In this document: positions 19,170-28,570 of the stretch, in pieces
How the letters are laid out: every line of letters begins with the position of its first letter
Numbering within the stretch: position 1 is the stretch's first letter
Source: a virus
Lineage: Duplodnaviria > Caudoviricetes
Virus record (IMG/VR): IMGVR_UViG_2846797076_000002
Coordinates: 591 to 64,590 of that record
Length of the DNA: 64,000 bases
Direction: 5' to 3' (one strand)
The notes under the pieces: model-generated
What the model was told of the DNA's origin: nothing
The model's input: the letters and a program-made list of their open reading frames with translations, nothing else
Databases searched by the model: none
Position numbers and translations under genes: made by a program

Positions 19170-19814
19170 TTAGCGCGCTTCAATCGCCTGAAACGTAACC
19201 GTGCCGCGACCCGTTGCCATGTCGGCGGTCGTCGAGATGGAGCCAGGCACGATCGCCATGATGCAGGAAGGTTTCACCAGCGTAGCAGCAACCGGCGCCA
19301 CTACGCCCGGCCATAGATGCGGGCGAACCTCAAACTGCGTTGTCACGCCGCTGCCACTGGCCGTCACAGGCTCCATAACCACATGAAGGTCTTTGTCGCC
19401 TATCTGGAGGTAATCGCCGACCGAAACCTTGTAGCCAGCAGGAAGGCCGGAGAGCGAGATAGCCTTGCGGTTGCTCGCAATCGTGGCCACCTGCCCTACC
19501 CCGGCGAATGCGCCGCCGGTTGGCCAACTGCCGTTCGGATATGCCACAGGGAAACAGCGAGACTTCGGGAATGCGCGAAATGTCTTGAGCCCGTTTTCCA
19601 AGCTGGTCAGGCGAGCACGCCAGTAATCCAGCTCGTTCGGCTTCATCGAGCGCGATTGCGCCGTCATCTGCCATAGCGGCGAGCCCATGTCCTTTACAAC
19701 TGTCTGGCCGCCTGCCGTGCGGGATTGCTCCTGCCGCCAAAGCAGATTGAACTCCGTCGACCATCCTGGGAACTCATCGAAAAACGAAGTTGGGAGCGGG
19801 TATGTGATTGTCAT
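19170..19814 (-). CDS. Distal tail-like protein
   Basis: MTITYP start, GSPLWQMT; synteny after tape measure. Confidence 0.75.
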   Translation of the reverse strand: MTITYPLPTSFFDEFPGWSTEFNLLWRQEQSRTAGGQTVVKDMGSPLWQMTAQSRSMKPNELDYWRARLTSLENGLKTFRAFPKSRCFPVAYPNGSWPTGGAFAGVGQVATIASNRKAISLSGLPAGYKVSVGDYLQIGDKDLHVVMEPVTASGSGVTTQFEVRPHLWPGVVAPVAATLVKPSCIMAIVPGSISTTADMATGRGTVTFQAIEAR

Positions 19815-19842
19815 TGTGTCTCCGCCGTTGAGTGGCCGCAAA

Positions 19843-19867
19843 GGAACAAAGCTCGCAACCGCGCATT
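19843..19867 (+). promoter_or_regulatory. EcfG/RpoE2-type general stress promoter
   Basis: GGAAC-N16-CATT upstream of yciF-like gene. Confidence 0.65.
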
Positions 19868-19901
19868 TCCCCCGGCGCAATCAACAACCGGAGGAAATCC
19901 C

Positions 19902-20396
19902 ATGAAATCGCTTGCAGACATTTTCGAGCACACGCTGCAGGACGTGTACTACGCAGAGAACGCCATTACGAAGGCGCTGCCGAAGGTAGCTAAGGCAGCC
20001 CAAAGCGCCGAATTGAGAAAGGCCGCAGAGGATCATCTCGCGGAGACAAAGGACCAGATCAAAAAACTCGATCAGGTCTTTAAATCCATTGGCAAGAAAG
20101 CCTCCGGCGAAAAGTGTGACGCGATTGAAGGCTTGATCAAGGAAGCCGACAGTCTCATGAAAGAGGCAGAAGGTACCGCGCTAGATGCTGGCCTTCTGGC
20201 TGCATGCCAAGCAGTCGAGCACTATGAAATCGCCCGTTACGGATCGCTGCGCGAATGGGCCAAGGATCTCGGCCACGACGAGGCGCACAAAATCCTGAGC
20301 GAAATCCTCGATCAGGAAAAGGCGACGAACAACAAGCTGACGAACCTCGCCGTTACGTCAATCAACAAGACGTCGGCTGCGAAGAAAGCTGCGTAA
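19902..20396 (+). CDS. yciF: Ferritin-like DUF892/YciF stress protein (moron)
   Basis: LQDVYYAE, HLAETKDQ, CDAIEGLI.E, QAVEHYEIARYGSL. Confidence 0.9.
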   Translation: MKSLADIFEHTLQDVYYAENAITKALPKVAKAAQSAELRKAAEDHLAETKDQIKKLDQVFKSIGKKASGEKCDAIEGLIKEADSLMKEAEGTALDAGLLAACQAVEHYEIARYGSLREWAKDLGHDEAHKILSEILDQEKATNNKLTNLAVTSINKTSAAKKAA

Positions 20397-20402
20397 GTAT
20401 AG

Positions 20403-20428
20403 AGGCCTCCCTAATCGGGAGGCCTTTT
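20403..20428 (+). terminator. Intrinsic terminator
   Basis: AGGCCTCCC-TAATC-GGGAGGCCT-TTT. Confidence 0.75.
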
Positions 20429-20457
20429 CTTCTAAGCTTTGCCTGCGCTACACGGCC

Positions 20458-20760
20458 TCAGCAGAGGTCCAAGAATTTCGCCAAAAGTGCCTTGACGCGG
20501 GCCCGGCCCATTTCGCTGATTTCCGTCAGAGATCTCTCGCTAAGGTCCTCGCCGCGCAATTGGATCACAATCTCTGCGGTTTCGTAGACATCGGCGTTTT
20601 CATCCAGAGCTCTCGCATCGAAAGTCAGGTGATACCAGTTCTCATCAACCTGCTCTATCGACTCAAATTTCACTCCGCTTTCGTCAACTGTATGCTGTTC
20701 GTCCATCATCATCTCCATGGGTGAGAATCGCATCACATTAGAGTTGTTCTCGACCATCAC
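20458..20760 (-). CDS. Hypothetical protein (start uncertain)
   Basis: ORF track; between tape measure and terminator. Confidence 0.5.
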   Translation of the reverse strand: MMVENNSNVMRFSPMEMMMDEQHTVDESGVKFESIEQVDENWYHLTFDARALDENADVYETAEIVIQLRGEDLSERSLTEISEMGRARVKALLAKFLDLC

Positions 20761-23114
20761 CGCAATTTAATGTTTTTACTTGGTGCATCGCGAACGGTGC
20801 TGAGGATGGTTGCCTTCAGGTCGCGTTGTGTTCGCTGAAGGCTCGCATCTATTCTCGCAACGGCCGCAGCGTCAGCACCTCGCGCATCAATAACTGGTGC
20901 GTAATTGATTACGGAAGCTTGGCTCGCCCCGCCGATCGACCGCAAACTCGGCACACTCGGAACCGAGATCCCGACCGGGCCGCCGTTGGCGTAGCCTTTG
21001 CGAAGTGCTTCAACTGCCCCTACTCCGCCAGCGCGCGCCACGTCTGCTTGCGACCAAACGACCTCGCCTTTGTGAACGATGCCGGCAGGCTGGTATTTGC
21101 CGCCCGGACCAGTGAACCCGCCTTCCGAGAAGAGGCCGCCAGAAATCGCTCCGGATTGAATGCCAGACCACTGTGAGCCGCCACCGAACAGGCCGAGAAG
21201 CCCACTCAATAGACCGCCACTGCCTCCAGCCGCGCTGTTGACCTTAAAGATGCTGTTCAGCACATCGTCCAGAAGGGCATCTGCAATGCGGCTTAGCGCG
21301 CCAGCAAATGCATCCGCGGCGCTCTCGCCATGGATCAAATCGTCGATGAAGCCGCGCGTTGCGTCTCTCGCGACGTTGTTCCACTCATTCAGCTTCTGCT
21401 GTTCCTCTTGCGCCTTCCTAAGCGCCTCAGATTGCCGAGCATATGCAGCAGACTCCTGCTCGATTGCAGCAATCTTGTCGGGCGAAAGCTTGATGCTTTC
21501 GAGATCTTTTTCGCCCTTCTTGCGAGCCTCTTCGCGCAGGTCGGCGAGCGCCTTCTGTTCCAGGTCTAGCGCTGTACGGCGCTTGACTTGAGCCTCATTG
21601 GACAAGCCAATAAGGTTCATTTCCTGGCGCAGCGCCTCAGTTCTATCTCGAACAGCCTGAAGATCTTCGGCGAAGCGGTCAGATGCGGTCTTTTGTGGAG
21701 CCCTTGACCGCTTCGGCGCACCAAAACCCCTGTTCTTGTCTGTGTCCAGATCAGATGGCCGGCGATCTGGTGTGGGGCCGCTATCCGGTAGGGGAAACTG
21801 CGTTCCTTGGATTGTGGCGTCAGCTCCGAATTGGGAATTCTGCTGGCCTGCTCCGCGCCACGTTCTCGGATCATTGATCCTGGAGGTCGCGACGGAGGTT
21901 ACCTCATTGACCTTTTGAACGCTATCCGCGGCCGTCAGCGCTGCCGTCGACAGTGTGGAGAAGTATTTGGCGAATTCAGCGAGTGCAGGAATGCCGGTGC
22001 TGTTTATCGCCGCACTTAGAGCGGCCTGCACACGGTCGACATCTTCGGTCTGCGCCTTGCCTTCTTCAGCCGCCTTCGCAAAGTCATTGAATGCTGACTG
22101 GAGGTTCTTGATAACGTCCGCTTCTTCACCTGCAGACTGAAGTTGCGAGACCAGATCGGCAATGGTGGCGCGTGTACTCTCGACCTCTTTGCGGACGTCA
22201 GCGAGCGTGTTGGTATTTACAATGTCGGCGCCTTTGGTGAGGTCGGCATTGTCCTGCGCACGCTTGAGCTGATCGGCGTAGTCACGCAAAGCAGGAACAG
22301 CATCGCCCCAGCGTTCGGCGACGGCAGCAATCAGCGCAGCCTGCTCTTTGAGCACTTCGGCGGACTTATCGCCTTCGCTCATTATTGTCGAAAAGTACTG
22401 AAATGCCGCTGTGCCTGCGGCGATGACGCCAATCGTTACCAGCGACAACGGAGAAATCACGGACGCGAAAGCAGCCGCAAGACCTTGACCGACGCCCTGC
22501 CCGTTATCTTTTATCTGCTGCAGGACGGCCGAAAGCTGCGTGCCCTGTTGCAAAGCGATCTGGATGGGAGACATCCCCATCGCTGCGGTCACGCCGATGT
22601 CCTGGAACTGAGCGGCAATGTTTGCAGTATTGAAGCTGTTTCCGCTACTCGTCGTGACCGTAGCCTTCAGCGCGGCGTTGCGCCCCTTGATGGCTGCGGT
22701 CGATGCGAGCGCCGCCTGTCGCTCCCGCTGAATCGCCGCCGCCATCTCGTTGGCAGAAATCGCGCCGGCGGCATGGGCCTGCCGAATCTCGGCGACCGCG
22801 TTCTTGTAATTCGAAATTGTTGCGAACAACGGGCTGTATTTGGCCCGGAGGCGATCAAGCTCTTTCTGCTGATCAGCGAGAACCCCGTTCCATTCTTTTG
22901 CTGCCGTCGTACCGATGCCCACCATGCTGTTGATGCGATCCTGCATCGAAGTGGTGAGCGAATTGTTGATCGACTTTCCAGTTGCGGCAAAACGTTTCTC
23001 GATGCCACTGGATGCCGCGCCTACGTCCGACACCAGCCGATTTAGCGCACGCTTTACGGTTGCAAGGTCGGTGCTGATTGAGATAATCAGATCATCACTG
23101 TTGTTACCGGCCAA
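20757..23114 (-). CDS. Tail tape measure protein
   Basis: NIAAQFQDIGV..G.SP..IALQQG.Q lambda-type TMP motif, GGFTGPGGKYQPAGIVHKGE. Confidence 0.93.
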   Translation of the reverse strand: MAGNNSDDLIISISTDLATVKRALNRLVSDVGAASSGIEKRFAATGKSINNSLTTSMQDRINSMVGIGTTAAKEWNGVLADQQKELDRLRAKYSPLFATISNYKNAVAEIRQAHAAGAISANEMAAAIQRERQAALASTAAIKGRNAALKATVTTSSGNSFNTANIAAQFQDIGVTAAMGMSPIQIALQQGTQLSAVLQQIKDNGQGVGQGLAAAFASVISPLSLVTIGVIAAGTAAFQYFSTIMSEGDKSAEVLKEQAALIAAVAERWGDAVPALRDYADQLKRAQDNADLTKGADIVNTNTLADVRKEVESTRATIADLVSQLQSAGEEADVIKNLQSAFNDFAKAAEEGKAQTEDVDRVQAALSAAINSTGIPALAEFAKYFSTLSTAALTAADSVQKVNEVTSVATSRINDPRTWRGAGQQNSQFGADATIQGTQFPLPDSGPTPDRRPSDLDTDKNRGFGAPKRSRAPQKTASDRFAEDLQAVRDRTEALRQEMNLIGLSNEAQVKRRTALDLEQKALADLREEARKKGEKDLESIKLSPDKIAAIEQESAAYARQSEALRKAQEEQQKLNEWNNVARDATRGFIDDLIHGESAADAFAGALSRIADALLDDVLNSIFKVNSAAGGSGGLLSGLLGLFGGGSQWSGIQSGAISGGLFSEGGFTGPGGKYQPAGIVHKGEVVWSQADVARAGGVGAVEALRKGYANGGPVGISVPSVPSLRSIGGASQASVINYAPVIDARGADAAAVARIDASLQRTQRDLKATILSTVRDAPSKNIKLR

Positions 23115-23128
23115 GTCGGTGTCCTAAC

Positions 23129-23614
23129 GTGAAAAAGCCCGCCGTTGGCGAGCCGAAAAGGATGGATATGCCCAAGTGCAAACGATGCGGTTCGGACTAT
23201 TATCTGGGTGGGAAGGACGGCCACTGCGTTGATTGCGAGGAAGCGGTCGCGAAGAGCGACGGCGATGCCAAAAAGCAATCGATCATCATGACGACTTCGA
23301 TTGATGTGCCCAACCGTGAAGTTGAGAGCGTCATATCGATCGTCGCGTCCGAAGCTGCCCTCGGCATGAACATTTTCAAAGACGTGGCCAACAACTGGCG
23401 GGACTTCGTGGGCGGCCGGGCAAATGCTTCGCAAGCCTCCCTCAAGGAGGCCCGTCTCGCGTGTTTGGATGGCCTCAGGTCAGAAGCTCACGCGGTCGGT
23501 GCCGACGCCGTGATTTCAGTCGACTTGGATTACAATCAACTGGCTACCGGCGGCACCGGAGGCATACTCTTTGTGGCGGCGACGGGTACGGCGGTTAAGC
23601 TGAAGCCAGCCTAA
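23129..23614 (+). CDS. YbjQ/UPF0145 family protein with N-terminal Zn-ribbon (moron)
   Basis: GMNIFKD..RDFVGGR, GADAVISVDLDY, ATGTAV; CKRC/CVDC. Confidence 0.8.
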   Translation: MKKPAVGEPKRMDMPKCKRCGSDYYLGGKDGHCVDCEEAVAKSDGDAKKQSIIMTTSIDVPNREVESVISIVASEAALGMNIFKDVANNWRDFVGGRANASQASLKEARLACLDGLRSEAHAVGADAVISVDLDYNQLATGGTGGILFVAATGTAVKLKPA

Positions 23615-23630
23615 TATCTTTGGGGGTACC

Positions 23631-23963
23631 ATGAAAATAGCGGTGGCAATTGCGGCTTCATTGATCGCAGTCCTTACGGGCTGCACCAAAATGGAGCAGT
23701 ACTATCCAAACGGACAAGTCGTTGAGATCGACGGTATTGAATTTTCCGTCTCTCCTATGGGCAACAAGGCTGGCTCTTACAAGGCGATACCGAACAATCC
23801 AAAAGACCAGTCATTTCTGATGCTCGATCCGATGGTTTGGGTTCGGAACACTAAAGCGATCGAAAAGGCTACCGGATGCAGCGTCTACCGCGAAAGCGTA
23901 AAGAATCATGAGAACACGACGTTCGCCGCGGTAGACTGCTCAGCTAAGCCGAACCCGGCTTAG
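23631..23963 (+). CDS. Lipoprotein (moron, possible superinfection exclusion)
   Basis: VLTGC lipobox, AIEKATGC..AVDC. Confidence 0.7.
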   Translation: MKIAVAIAASLIAVLTGCTKMEQYYPNGQVVEIDGIEFSVSPMGNKAGSYKAIPNNPKDQSFLMLDPMVWVRNTKAIEKATGCSVYRESVKNHENTTFAAVDCSAKPNPA

Positions 23964-24197
23964 CTAACCGCCATACCTCTTAATTAGCTCATCCATCTCT
24001 TCGTCAGATGGTGGAGCGACAGACTTTTTGGCGCCGTTCGCTTCAGCCTTGCCCTTCACCGCAAGGGTGAACTCGGTCAAGCTGGACGCCCAGAATATTG
24101 CCGGCGTCCAGCCAAGGCCCCCGAATGCAATCTTTTGCCAGTCGCGCCAAGGAAACGGTTCTCCTATGCCGCCTTTTGAGCGGCTTCCCCGTTTCCC
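23964..24197 (-). CDS. -1 frameshift extension of tail assembly chaperone (GT-like)
   Basis: Slippery G GGA AAC at 24197-24191; -1 frame reads GEPFPWRDWQKIAFGGLGWTPAIFWASSLTEF...RYGG*. Confidence 0.8.
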   Translation of the reverse strand, partial: GKRGSRSKGGIGEPFPWRDWQKIAFGGLGWTPAIFWASSLTEFTLAVKGKAEANGAKKSVAPPSDEEMDELIKRYGG

Positions 24198-24523
24198 TCG
24201 TCTTCCTCGTCAAAATGATGGGACAAAGCCTCTGAGATCGCCTTGGCAACGGCGCCAAAGTGCTTGAGCTTTAGTGCGCCGATGGCTTTGACCTTGTCGC
24301 CCCGCACGGTAAGCAGATCGAGCGCGGCTACGGTAGCGGCCGGCTCGACGCCGGAAAGGCGAAGGAACAAATCGGACATGCTTTTGCACGACAAGCGCGT
24401 AGACACGGCAGCAAGTCCACCCATCTCCGCGACGATGACCAGCGGTTCCTTGCCGACCCATAGGCCAACCTCCCCGCGAGCTCCGTTCACTTCCAACGGA
24501 AAAGGCTTTTCAGCATCAGCCAA
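24164..24523 (-). CDS. Tail assembly chaperone (G-like)
   Basis: NGARGEV motif, GGAGG SD before TTG 24523. Confidence 0.75.
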   Translation of the reverse strand: MADAEKPFPLEVNGARGEVGLWVGKEPLVIVAEMGGLAAVSTRLSCKSMSDLFLRLSGVEPAATVAALDLLTVRGDKVKAIGALKLKHFGAVAKAISEALSHHFDEEDEGNGEAAQKAA

Positions 24524-24524
24524 A

Positions 24525-24956
24525 CTACACCTCCGCAACAAACGTCAGAACGCCAGCGGCGACGAACGTGGCCGTGAATTCCATGTTGCCTTCCATTTCG
24601 CCGCTGAACTCGAATTCAGAAACGAACCAAGGGCCGGTGTAAGTACCGAGGCCAGGCACGATCACCTTGGCATTGAACTTGGTGGCATCGTTGACGTGCG
24701 TCATGAACGCGGTGTTCGAAGCGCTCTTAACGAATTTACCGGAACCAGAGAACGTGCGATTCTTGATACCCGGCTCTGCTGTTTTCTGCGGCGTGTTCTC
24801 CGGGTTCACGCAGTCCGTGATGGTGGTGTCGACCTCATTGGCGGACATATTGAAACTGCGGGTCGTGAGACCGCACAGATTCGAAAAGACTTCAGGAGTT
24901 TCGCCGTCACCAATCTGGATGAGCAGCGTACGACCAATCTGTTGACCGTCGGCCAT
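24525..24956 (-). CDS. Major tail tube protein
   Basis: GRTLLIQIGDG, SGSGKF, PGLGTYTGPW, AAGVLTF. Confidence 0.9.
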   Translation of the reverse strand: MADGQQIGRTLLIQIGDGETPEVFSNLCGLTTRSFNMSANEVDTTITDCVNPENTPQKTAEPGIKNRTFSGSGKFVKSASNTAFMTHVNDATKFNAKVIVPGLGTYTGPWFVSEFEFSGEMEGNMEFTATFVAAGVLTFVAEV

Positions 24957-24990
24957 TTGTAAACCTCAAAAACTGTGGGTTGGTGGCCAA

Positions 24991-25401
24991 TCAGGCCGGT
25001 GTCTCGACGCGCGCGACAAATTCGACGACACCGTGGGTCGTGACTTCGTCCGGGTCTTTGAAATGACGGGTGTCTGTGCGCGTGATCGATATCAATCGAT
25101 GCGAGGGCAGCATTAAGGGCGCCTCATCCAGAGCCTCGACGACCTCGTGAATGATTTCCTTGAGCTCCTTGAAGCCGCCTGAGTATTGCGACCAAACGTG
25201 GATCGTCACATAGATGAGGTTCGACTTCAGACAGTCGACATCATCCCTGATGACTTGGCTTTCGCCGTATTCGATGTATGGAAACGGTGCATTGGTCGGC
25301 GGTCTGTCATAAATCCTTTGGGCCACCTTCGCCGTCAGACCGGCTCGCGCCTTCAGCCTGGCAACGATGGCGCCCTGCAATTCGAGATCTGGGTTAGCCA
25401 T
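24991..25401 (-). CDS. Tail terminator (DUF3168)
   Basis: LQGAIVARL, RIYDRPP..APFPYI, TIHVWS. Confidence 0.85.
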   Translation of the reverse strand: MANPDLELQGAIVARLKARAGLTAKVAQRIYDRPPTNAPFPYIEYGESQVIRDDVDCLKSNLIYVTIHVWSQYSGGFKELKEIIHEVVEALDEAPLMLPSHRLISITRTDTRHFKDPDEVTTHGVVEFVARVETPA

Positions 25402-25895
25402 TACTTTTTCATGGCCTCCCTCACCCCTCGCCAGACGGCGTCGTTGATGCGCTTCTTCGCTTTTGCCCTAAATGCTCGCCATGTCGGAAAAATATGCGGT
25501 TGCGCCCGCGTGCCAGGGTGCATCTTTGCGCCGGCCGCCTGTTTCTTACCGGCAACCGTACCGCCACCTTTTGCGACGTTATGCGGTCGTGTGCCGAACT
25601 CCAAAAAGTGCCAAATCCACGCCGCGAAGACGCCCGTTGCATCCGGATCTTTGCTGGCCGTTGCACCGACTAGCGCCTTTGCGCTCGGCCTGTCAGAAAT
25701 CTTGCCGCCCTGTATCGAGGCAGCGTAGTCGCCAGCCGTTGCGCTGTTACTTATCGGCGCCCGGTCAGAGATTTTGTCGGCGGCTTCGGTAGCGATCTGT
25801 AGCTTCGCTTCGGCGGCGTATTTGTTGGCGAGCGGAGCGACCTGATTGAGCTTTTTCGTTAGCGCCTCGCGGCCCAGAACCTTTGCCTTGATCAC
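25401..25895 (-). CDS. HK97 gp10-like tail completion protein
   Basis: HFLEFGT, HPGTRAQP. Confidence 0.85.
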   Translation of the reverse strand: MIKAKVLGREALTKKLNQVAPLANKYAAEAKLQIATEAADKISDRAPISNSATAGDYAASIQGGKISDRPSAKALVGATASKDPDATGVFAAWIWHFLEFGTRPHNVAKGGGTVAGKKQAAGAKMHPGTRAQPHIFPTWRAFRAKAKKRINDAVWRGVREAMKK

Positions 25896-26248
25896 GACGC
25901 CACCCCCTCGACCACCAGTAGTTCAATCCACTGGTTGCGTTCGTCGATGTTGACCGCAGCCTTGATTGCGTAGAGCACACCAGACCGCTTATTCCGCGCT
26001 CGCCACGCTGGCGTAATGGTGCGTGTGCGTTCGTTGCTGCGGACACTCATGGTGAACGGCTGGATGCCTTGCAGGCGGCTGGCAATGACAGGCTCACTAC
26101 CGATGCGCGGTTCTAGTCTGGCAGGCTCCACGAATTGCTCCGCAAAGCCGTCCACAACGCCACCATACCCATCGTCACCCTCGACCTCAGCCTCGAACCC
26201 GATCTTCTCCGACAGCGATCCCGCTCCGGATCTCTTGCGTTTTGGCAT
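25892..26248 (-). CDS. Head closure / head-tail adaptor
   Basis: AGSLSEKI, DDGYGG, ITPAWR. Confidence 0.8.
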   Translation of the reverse strand: MPKRKRSGAGSLSEKIGFEAEVEGDDGYGGVVDGFAEQFVEPARLEPRIGSEPVIASRLQGIQPFTMSVRSNERTRTITPAWRARNKRSGVLYAIKAAVNIDERNQWIELLVVEGVAS

Positions 26249-26393
26249 TCGGTCGATCCTTGGTGGGTTCGGCAGCTTTGGCCGCTATCGCAGCCTCGGC
26301 GCACTTGCGCGTGACGTTATAGAGGCCGGGCGGATAGGCGATTGTGAAACCTGGCTGGCGCCAGTCGAACGGTTCATGGAATCGGAGCCACAT
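26187..26393 (-). CDS. Small virion-module hypothetical protein
   Basis: MWLRFHEPFDWRQPG...CAEAAIAAKAA. Confidence 0.55.
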   Translation of the reverse strand: MWLRFHEPFDWRQPGFTIAYPPGLYNVTRKCAEAAIAAKAAEPTKDRPNAKTQEIRSGIAVGEDRVRG

Positions 26394-26721
26394 AGTCGTC
26401 TGCCACTGTTCGCCAGACACGCCACGGTGCCAAAAGCATCCGCACTGCGCGCGGAAGCACCGCATCGCCAGTTGCCTTCGGGTCGGGCTCGCGCACCTCG
26501 TAGAGGTCACCAGTCACGAGAAGGATCGCTGAGACGATAGCAGGCGTTGCAGCGATGCTGTCGGCGGCTGTGGGCGTTTCACCGGCAGCTACGATTTCGC
26601 GATCTAGATGCTGCGCAACGATGCTCTCAGCGGCGTCGCGATAGAGGCCGATCTCCGTATCTTCATCTTCATGGAAGACACGGAGATGCTTCTTTACGGT
26701 TTCGAGATCGACGATCGGCAT
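26374..26721 (-). CDS. Head-tail connector (HK97 gp6-like)
   Basis: LETVKKHLRV, AILLVTGDLYEVRE, LLAPWR. Confidence 0.85.
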   Translation of the reverse strand: MPIVDLETVKKHLRVFHEDEDTEIGLYRDAAESIVAQHLDREIVAAGETPTAADSIAATPAIVSAILLVTGDLYEVREPDPKATGDAVLPRAVRMLLAPWRVWRTVADDYVAPIP

Positions 26722-26722
26722 A

Positions 26723-27064
26723 TCAGGCCGCCACTACTGCCGCCGTCGGCGCGCTTGCGACGGGCACGCTGCCCTTGTCGTTCGTGGCCGTGACGCGGAC
26801 CGTGATGGCCTTACCAATATCGCCAGCGACTGGAACATAGGTGGCCGCAGTAGCTCCAGAAATCGCGACGCCAGCGGCAAACCACTGCCGTGTGTAGGTC
26901 GGCGAGCCGGACCATGTGCCCATGGTCGATGTCAGCGTCTGGCCGACCTGCGCCGTGCCCGTGATGGCAGGTGGAACAGAATTCACCGGCGAGCCGATAC
27001 CGTTGACGATACCGGCGCCGATATAGGACGCGACCCTGCGCTTACGAACCTTCGTTGACAGCAT
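26723..27064 (-). CDS. Ig-like virion decoration protein
   Basis: PAITGTAQVGQTLT..GTWSG..Y..QW..GATAATY. Confidence 0.7.
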   Translation of the reverse strand: MLSTKVRKRRVASYIGAGIVNGIGSPVNSVPPAITGTAQVGQTLTSTMGTWSGSPTYTRQWFAAGVAISGATAATYVPVAGDIGKAITVRVTATNDKGSVPVASAPTAAVVAA

Positions 27065-27302
27065 CGGGTTTGTCCTTCTTCTTCGTCGAGCGAGCAGAGG
27101 AGATCACCGGCTTGTCATCGGCTTCATCCGCGTCGCCGTCGTCAACGGCTGCCTGCGCCTCGCCCAAAATCTCGACTAGGCCTAGCTCATCAAGCTGCTT
27201 CGCCTCGCCAGCCTCGACCTTGAACGGATCGCTCTTTTTGGTCTTCAGTTCTTTGCCAACAGCAAAAGTGCGCTTGGCCTTCACTTCCAGAAAATCGGTC
27301 AT
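27042..27302 (-). CDS. Small head-module protein
   Basis: Follows capsid gene, AGGGAG SD. Confidence 0.65.
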   Translation of the reverse strand: MTDFLEVKAKRTFAVGKELKTKKSDPFKVEAGEAKQLDELGLVEILGEAQAAVDDGDADEADDKPVISSARSTKKKDKPDAVNEGS

Positions 27303-27320
27303 GTTCACTCCCTTTCAAGG

Positions 27321-27342
27321 AAGGGGAGCCGAAGCTCCCCTT
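27321..27342 (-). terminator. Hairpin after major capsid gene
   Basis: AAGGGGAGC-TTCG-GCTCCCCTT. Confidence 0.6.
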
Positions 27343-27349
27343 AGGTCAA

Positions 27350-28558
27350 TCAGGCGCCTTCGACATCGCCAGTCACAAAGGACTCAGGGCGATAGACTGC
27401 GAACGCCAGGCGCTCTTCAGCGCGGATCGTGAACATGTTCTTCTCGAAGTCGTCGACGTTCTCGCTGGACAACAGAACCTCGATTTCCATGCGGTCGAAG
27501 ATCTGGGCTGCGAAGCTGAACGCGCCGGTGAGGAACTCGCCTGCGGCCATTGCCTGCGTCGAAACAACCGGCAGATTCCAGAGCGTCGGAGTGAGCGAAC
27601 CCTGCGGATTGCCAATGATGTAATTGCCGCCGGCGTCCTTGGTCAGCTCGATCTTCGCCCAGTCGATCGGGTTCAGAACGAACGCGGTAGCCGGATACTC
27701 AGCGAGAACGACCTGCAGAACAGCCAGACGGAGACGGTCGATGCCCGTTTCATCAGCGGCGGCAAATGCCGGGTTGAACGCGGTGGCCTGCGGAACAAGA
27801 CCGTGGATGTTCTGGCCGGTGCCAGAGCCATTCAGCAGCTGATTTTCTTCGGCGAAGCGCAGACCGTAGCGAGCGCGGCCGTCGATGTAGGAGCGAAGGG
27901 CGGGCGCGTCGTCCAGGATCTGGCGGGAGGCCTTGAACAGGTGCGCGATGGTGCGAACCGGCGCGGACGTCATGTCGAACGTCAGATCCGAATAAGGCTT
28001 CGCAGTCGTTTCAGCGACTGGTGCAGCGTTGTTCGTGTAGCCGGTTTCCTTGACGTACTCGATCGAGCTCGAAGCAGTCTGACCAGGCAGAACGAGGTCG
28101 CGGATCGTCAGCTGGCGCTCAGGCAGGCCAAAGATGCCGGGAACGCGCGCGCCGGGAACCAGAGAGGTGCCCTGAGAGCGGCCAGCGCCGACAGTGGTAT
28201 TGGCAGAGGTAATGGCAGCGCGATCAGCCTTCACGCGGATTGAGCCGCGAGATGCACCGGTGAGAATGCCAGCCTTGAACTCGGCAGAGTCGATGACGAG
28301 GTCACCAAGCGACTTCTGCTCATTTTCGCCGATTTCGTTTTCGCGAGCGGCGCGCTTTTCAAGGTCGCCGAGACGAGTCGTAACGTCGCCGAGTTCGGAA
28401 AGTGCCTTGTCGGTCTTTTCCTTCAGTTCAGCGGAAACTTCTCCGTTCGCGGCAAGCTTCGACGTAAAGTCGGTAGCGAGATTGCCTACCTGCTCCTTGA
28501 TGGACGCAAGCGAAGTACCGAGCTCGCCGATCTTATCGGCAAGTTGATTATCAGCCAT
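27350..28558 (-). CDS. Major capsid protein, HK97 fold
   Basis: TIAHLFKASRQILDD, EENQLLNGSG, IRAEERLA. Confidence 0.95.
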   Translation of the reverse strand: MADNQLADKIGELGTSLASIKEQVGNLATDFTSKLAANGEVSAELKEKTDKALSELGDVTTRLGDLEKRAARENEIGENEQKSLGDLVIDSAEFKAGILTGASRGSIRVKADRAAITSANTTVGAGRSQGTSLVPGARVPGIFGLPERQLTIRDLVLPGQTASSSIEYVKETGYTNNAAPVAETTAKPYSDLTFDMTSAPVRTIAHLFKASRQILDDAPALRSYIDGRARYGLRFAEENQLLNGSGTGQNIHGLVPQATAFNPAFAAADETGIDRLRLAVLQVVLAEYPATAFVLNPIDWAKIELTKDAGGNYIIGNPQGSLTPTLWNLPVVSTQAMAAGEFLTGAFSFAAQIFDRMEIEVLLSSENVDDFEKNMFTIRAEERLAFAVYRPESFVTGDVEGA

Positions 28559-28570
28559 TAGTGGCTCCCT

